A DNA stretch of 64,000 nucleotides from Basidiobolus meristosporus CBS 931.73 (lineage: Eukaryota; Fungi; Basidiobolomycota): contig MCFE01000041.1 in NCBI GenBank assembly GCA_002104905.1, forward strand, positions 1 through 64,000. Reading direction: 5' to 3'. Below the pieces are notes generated by a model. That model was not told where the DNA came from and ran no database searches. It worked only from the letters and a program-made list of their open reading frames with translations. Positions 60,895-64,000 of this stretch are shown here, piece by piece. Made by a program: the position numbers and the translations under genes. How positions within the stretch are numbered: the first letter of the stretch is position 1; each line of letters starts with the position of its first letter.

Positions 60895-63860
60895 TCATAC
60901 GGACGCTACAATCTCGTCGGCTTTCTGAAGAGCCTATAGATAACTCGTTATGCATGTGTTCGATCATGAGGAGTGCGATGTCCTCTTACCTTGATCATCT
61001 TCTGGCATTCCATTCTTCGTTGCACAGTGACATCGCTTTCTTGTAGCAGGCTCTCGAGGACCTCGCTCCTATACAGTTCGGCCAACAGTTCCTTTTGGAG
61101 CTCTTCCTTCGATTTGTTGATCAAGTTGTGCACAATGGCCTTAGGGACCATATCAACGATAGTCTTCTTGACAATGTCAAAGTACGACTGAATCAGAAGC
61201 TCTACATAAGGGATGCCATCAGTTTACGCATACCTACAATCCATATGGCCTTTCTTACTGATAACCTCCGTCTCGATTGATTCTCTTTCGGATACGGAGC
61301 CCGAGGCTTTGAGCGAGGGAGGAGGCTAAGGAGAAGGCGTGATAAATAGATAGGCTAAGGGTGGGCCGGTGAGGATCTACTGACCGATTCCATGGTTGTG
61401 TGCCTCTTCTTTTTGCTTGAGAAGATGTTGCCAAAGAAGCCAGCACCGGTGGTTTCCTCTGCATTGGGGAGAGGGGAATTCGCGCTGCTGCTCACACCTT
61501 TCTTACCCTCGGTCAGCGTGGGCGACGCTTTTGTTGCGTTGAGACGCTCATGAATGATTGCCATTGCCTTCATGACAATTGTTGATTAGTGTGAACGGGT
61601 TCGGTAGAATGTAATTTGTGCCAACCTGGTGCCCATTCAAGAAGTCTGGGTGGACGGTGTTGATGTAGCAAGACTCCGCACTTGAATGCAACATCAGTAG
61701 AGGTTAGAGGTGGTACTGGTTGTAGTCAAAAACTCACGCGATCAAATCCTGAACAAGCTTGTTGGTGGGGATGATGGCCCTCTTGTAGAACGTAGTAACC
61801 ACAGAGTAGAATTTCTCTTTGAGGTCTGGGAAGCGCTTGAATTGCTGCTTTTGTAACAAAGTGGTCAGGATACGAACAAGCTCATCGTTGGCCAAGGCAA
61901 CGCATCTGAGGCTAGGGTCTTCGAGCCGTTTTATCTGCTGTTTGACGATCACTTCGAACGCAGTGGTTCCCACAAAGAGCGAAGGAGTGGATCCCTAAAG
62001 CGAGGTCTTACCAACTGGTCTGATGAGTGGAACAACGGCCAGGCAACTTACTGAGGAGTTGTAGAGAATAGTTCGGATGTCGACGTCTTTGATCTGGTCG
62101 AATGGGTCGAGCGCCTTGATGCTGTTGGAAAAGATTTCGTGGAACACATAGCTGATTCTTGCCCCACCACTCAGCTCGTTGGTTGGAAGGTCCTCTGATT
62201 TACCATCAATGACGGTTCGATACTCATTACAGAACTCCGTAATGATGCTCAATACCGCATTTGCCTACCGAAGATTCCATTAATCGTCGGAGCAGCGTGA
62301 GATAACCAAACGATCCAACCTGTTCGCCATTATCGTCAATCGGGTCACCCAGCTGCGCGAGTTCGGCTTGATATCTCGCGAGAATCGACTGGATCTTGAT
62401 TTTGATGTTTGGGAGAGTAGCCCGGATGTGTTGTAGCAGGATCTGAGATGGGGTGGTTGGTGGGTAAGCACTTCGACGCGACAAACCAAAGAATTGCTCA
62501 CCGTGTTCAACCTCTTGGCGAGGAAGGGTGTCCCACAGTATTGGGCCTTGTTGCCATACGACTCGTGATTTTCAAAGAACTGTGCTTCGTGCTTCAAGGC
62601 GGAAGTGATCGGTGTATTCAGCTCGATATCTTTCTGGCTGCGATTGATGACAGGGATGTATCCTTAAGCGAGCAATAAACTTAATATGGTAGAAGAGAGG
62701 TCTATGCTGTTGGAGTTCCTACCAAGTTTCAGAGGGATGATTCGCCCGGCTAGAATCTCCATTACATCGGTTCCCTTGTCCCTAGAACATAGAACACGTC
62801 AATTTCTTGCCGATTGGCTTGGTCGAGTGGAAAGGGAGAAATACATTAGATCGATCTTGGTTAACACTCCTATCGTTCTCAATCCTACGTTGATCAGAGT
62901 TAGTCACGTATGGCTAGCCAGGGATTACTGTTTATCGTACCATCCGGGTCTACGCCTCGGGCAAGCTTCAGACCATCGGAGTTGGCGATGTCGGTGTTAG
63001 CGGCGGTGACTGCCAGTATGATTGCATTTGGTTTTGAGATGTACTTCAAGATCATGTCGATGATTTGAATTTCGATGTCCTTGGGTTGGTCCCCTACCGG
63101 TACCTGGTGCGCAAACCTGTTAGCCTGCCATGCGACGCTAGAGATCGGCCATCATACCTTCGTCAGGCCAGGCAGATCGACCAGAGTCAAGGTAAGCACG
63201 TGGGGGGAGTAAATGCGGAGGTTGATGGGCTGTGCGGAGATTCCTACACGTACGACGGTCAACCGGACTTCCAAGGTGCTGGGTAATGAAGATGTTACCT
63301 GCGTTATTTCCCGTCTTCAGCTCGGTGTCTTTGACAATCTCCTCCCGGATTTTATTGAAGTCGTAGAACTTCTCACCGGGTAAATGAAGAAACTCTCCCC
63401 ATTCGTCTTTGACCTCGTCGTTTCCTACAAAAAGGACTGGTTACAGCCGTGTATCCATCAATTCAGGGCGCTCCCACATCTACCTTGGCTTTTTTCCTCA
63501 CTCAAGTTTGTCTTGATGGCTGGCCTATTAATAAGCTGAAGAACCTACAGGAGCGTGATGCATACAACGTTAGGCGGGGTTGGCGATTCCTTGCTGAGAT
63601 GGGGCCCACTAACCAGAGGCCTTCTAGTGACAATGCCTGAGCCTCTAGGCAGAAAGTCTCTGCCCACGATATTCTCCAGGACGGAGCTCTTTCCACTACT
63701 CTGACTGCAAAGAAATGAGTAATCGTCCCAAGCAGGGGGTCTCTTCCATAGGGTACCTTCCGATAACAGTGATCTGAGGTAAATCCACAGGGTTTTGGAC
63801 ACCAACGGTGGTGAAGGCGTCCTGAAGCTTGTTCACAATGTTGATTAATGTAGCGTCCAT
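60895..63860 (-). CDS. VPS1: Dynamin-related GTPase Vps1; many introns
   Basis: [103 protein letters not shown]; GED ending [12 protein letters not shown]. Confidence 0.95.
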
Positions 63861-64000
63861 GAGAAGCTCTTTGTTAATCAGTTCTCCAGAGAGTAGCACG
63901 TAATAGTAGCTGGGGCAATGTGGGTGAGTGACGTATTTCCAACTGGGCATGCAGGACAGGTAGCTTACTTGAATGGTAAACAGGTCGAAGGACGTGTGGT

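Overview
Gene-dense eukaryotic DNA with short (50-80 nt) spliceosomal introns, best read as an early-diverging (non-Dikarya) fungus. This placement is inferred from a U12-type AT-AC intron, a PRL-family phosphatase and CpG-depleted repeat relics. Intact genes in order: bacterial-type Fe-S L-serine dehydratase with an intron and a mitochondrial-type presequence, Sid1/GCK-like kinase, ATG8, VPS9 (CUE domain, AT-AC minor intron), a GPI-anchored CBM18 repeat protein, an intronless MDR-family dehydrogenase, a Byr4/Bfa1-like gene, a CCCH-Puf4-type gene, FMC1, PRL phosphatase, UTP20, striatin/FAR8, an intronless DHX30-like helicase, HSF, MAK10/NAA35, kynurenine 3-monooxygenase and VPS1. Decayed DNA occupies 1-1.8 kb (nearly CpG-free repeat mosaic) and about 15.5-23.3 kb (pseudogenes of a membrane protein, an unknown gene, a GH29 fucosidase and class II FBP aldolase, plus an inverted copy of the 1-kb repeat). 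A BCAT pseudogene lies at 46.7-47.9 kb. No rRNA, tRNA or CRISPR array was recognised. Exon structures were worked out by hand and family assignments come from recalled motifs, not database searches.
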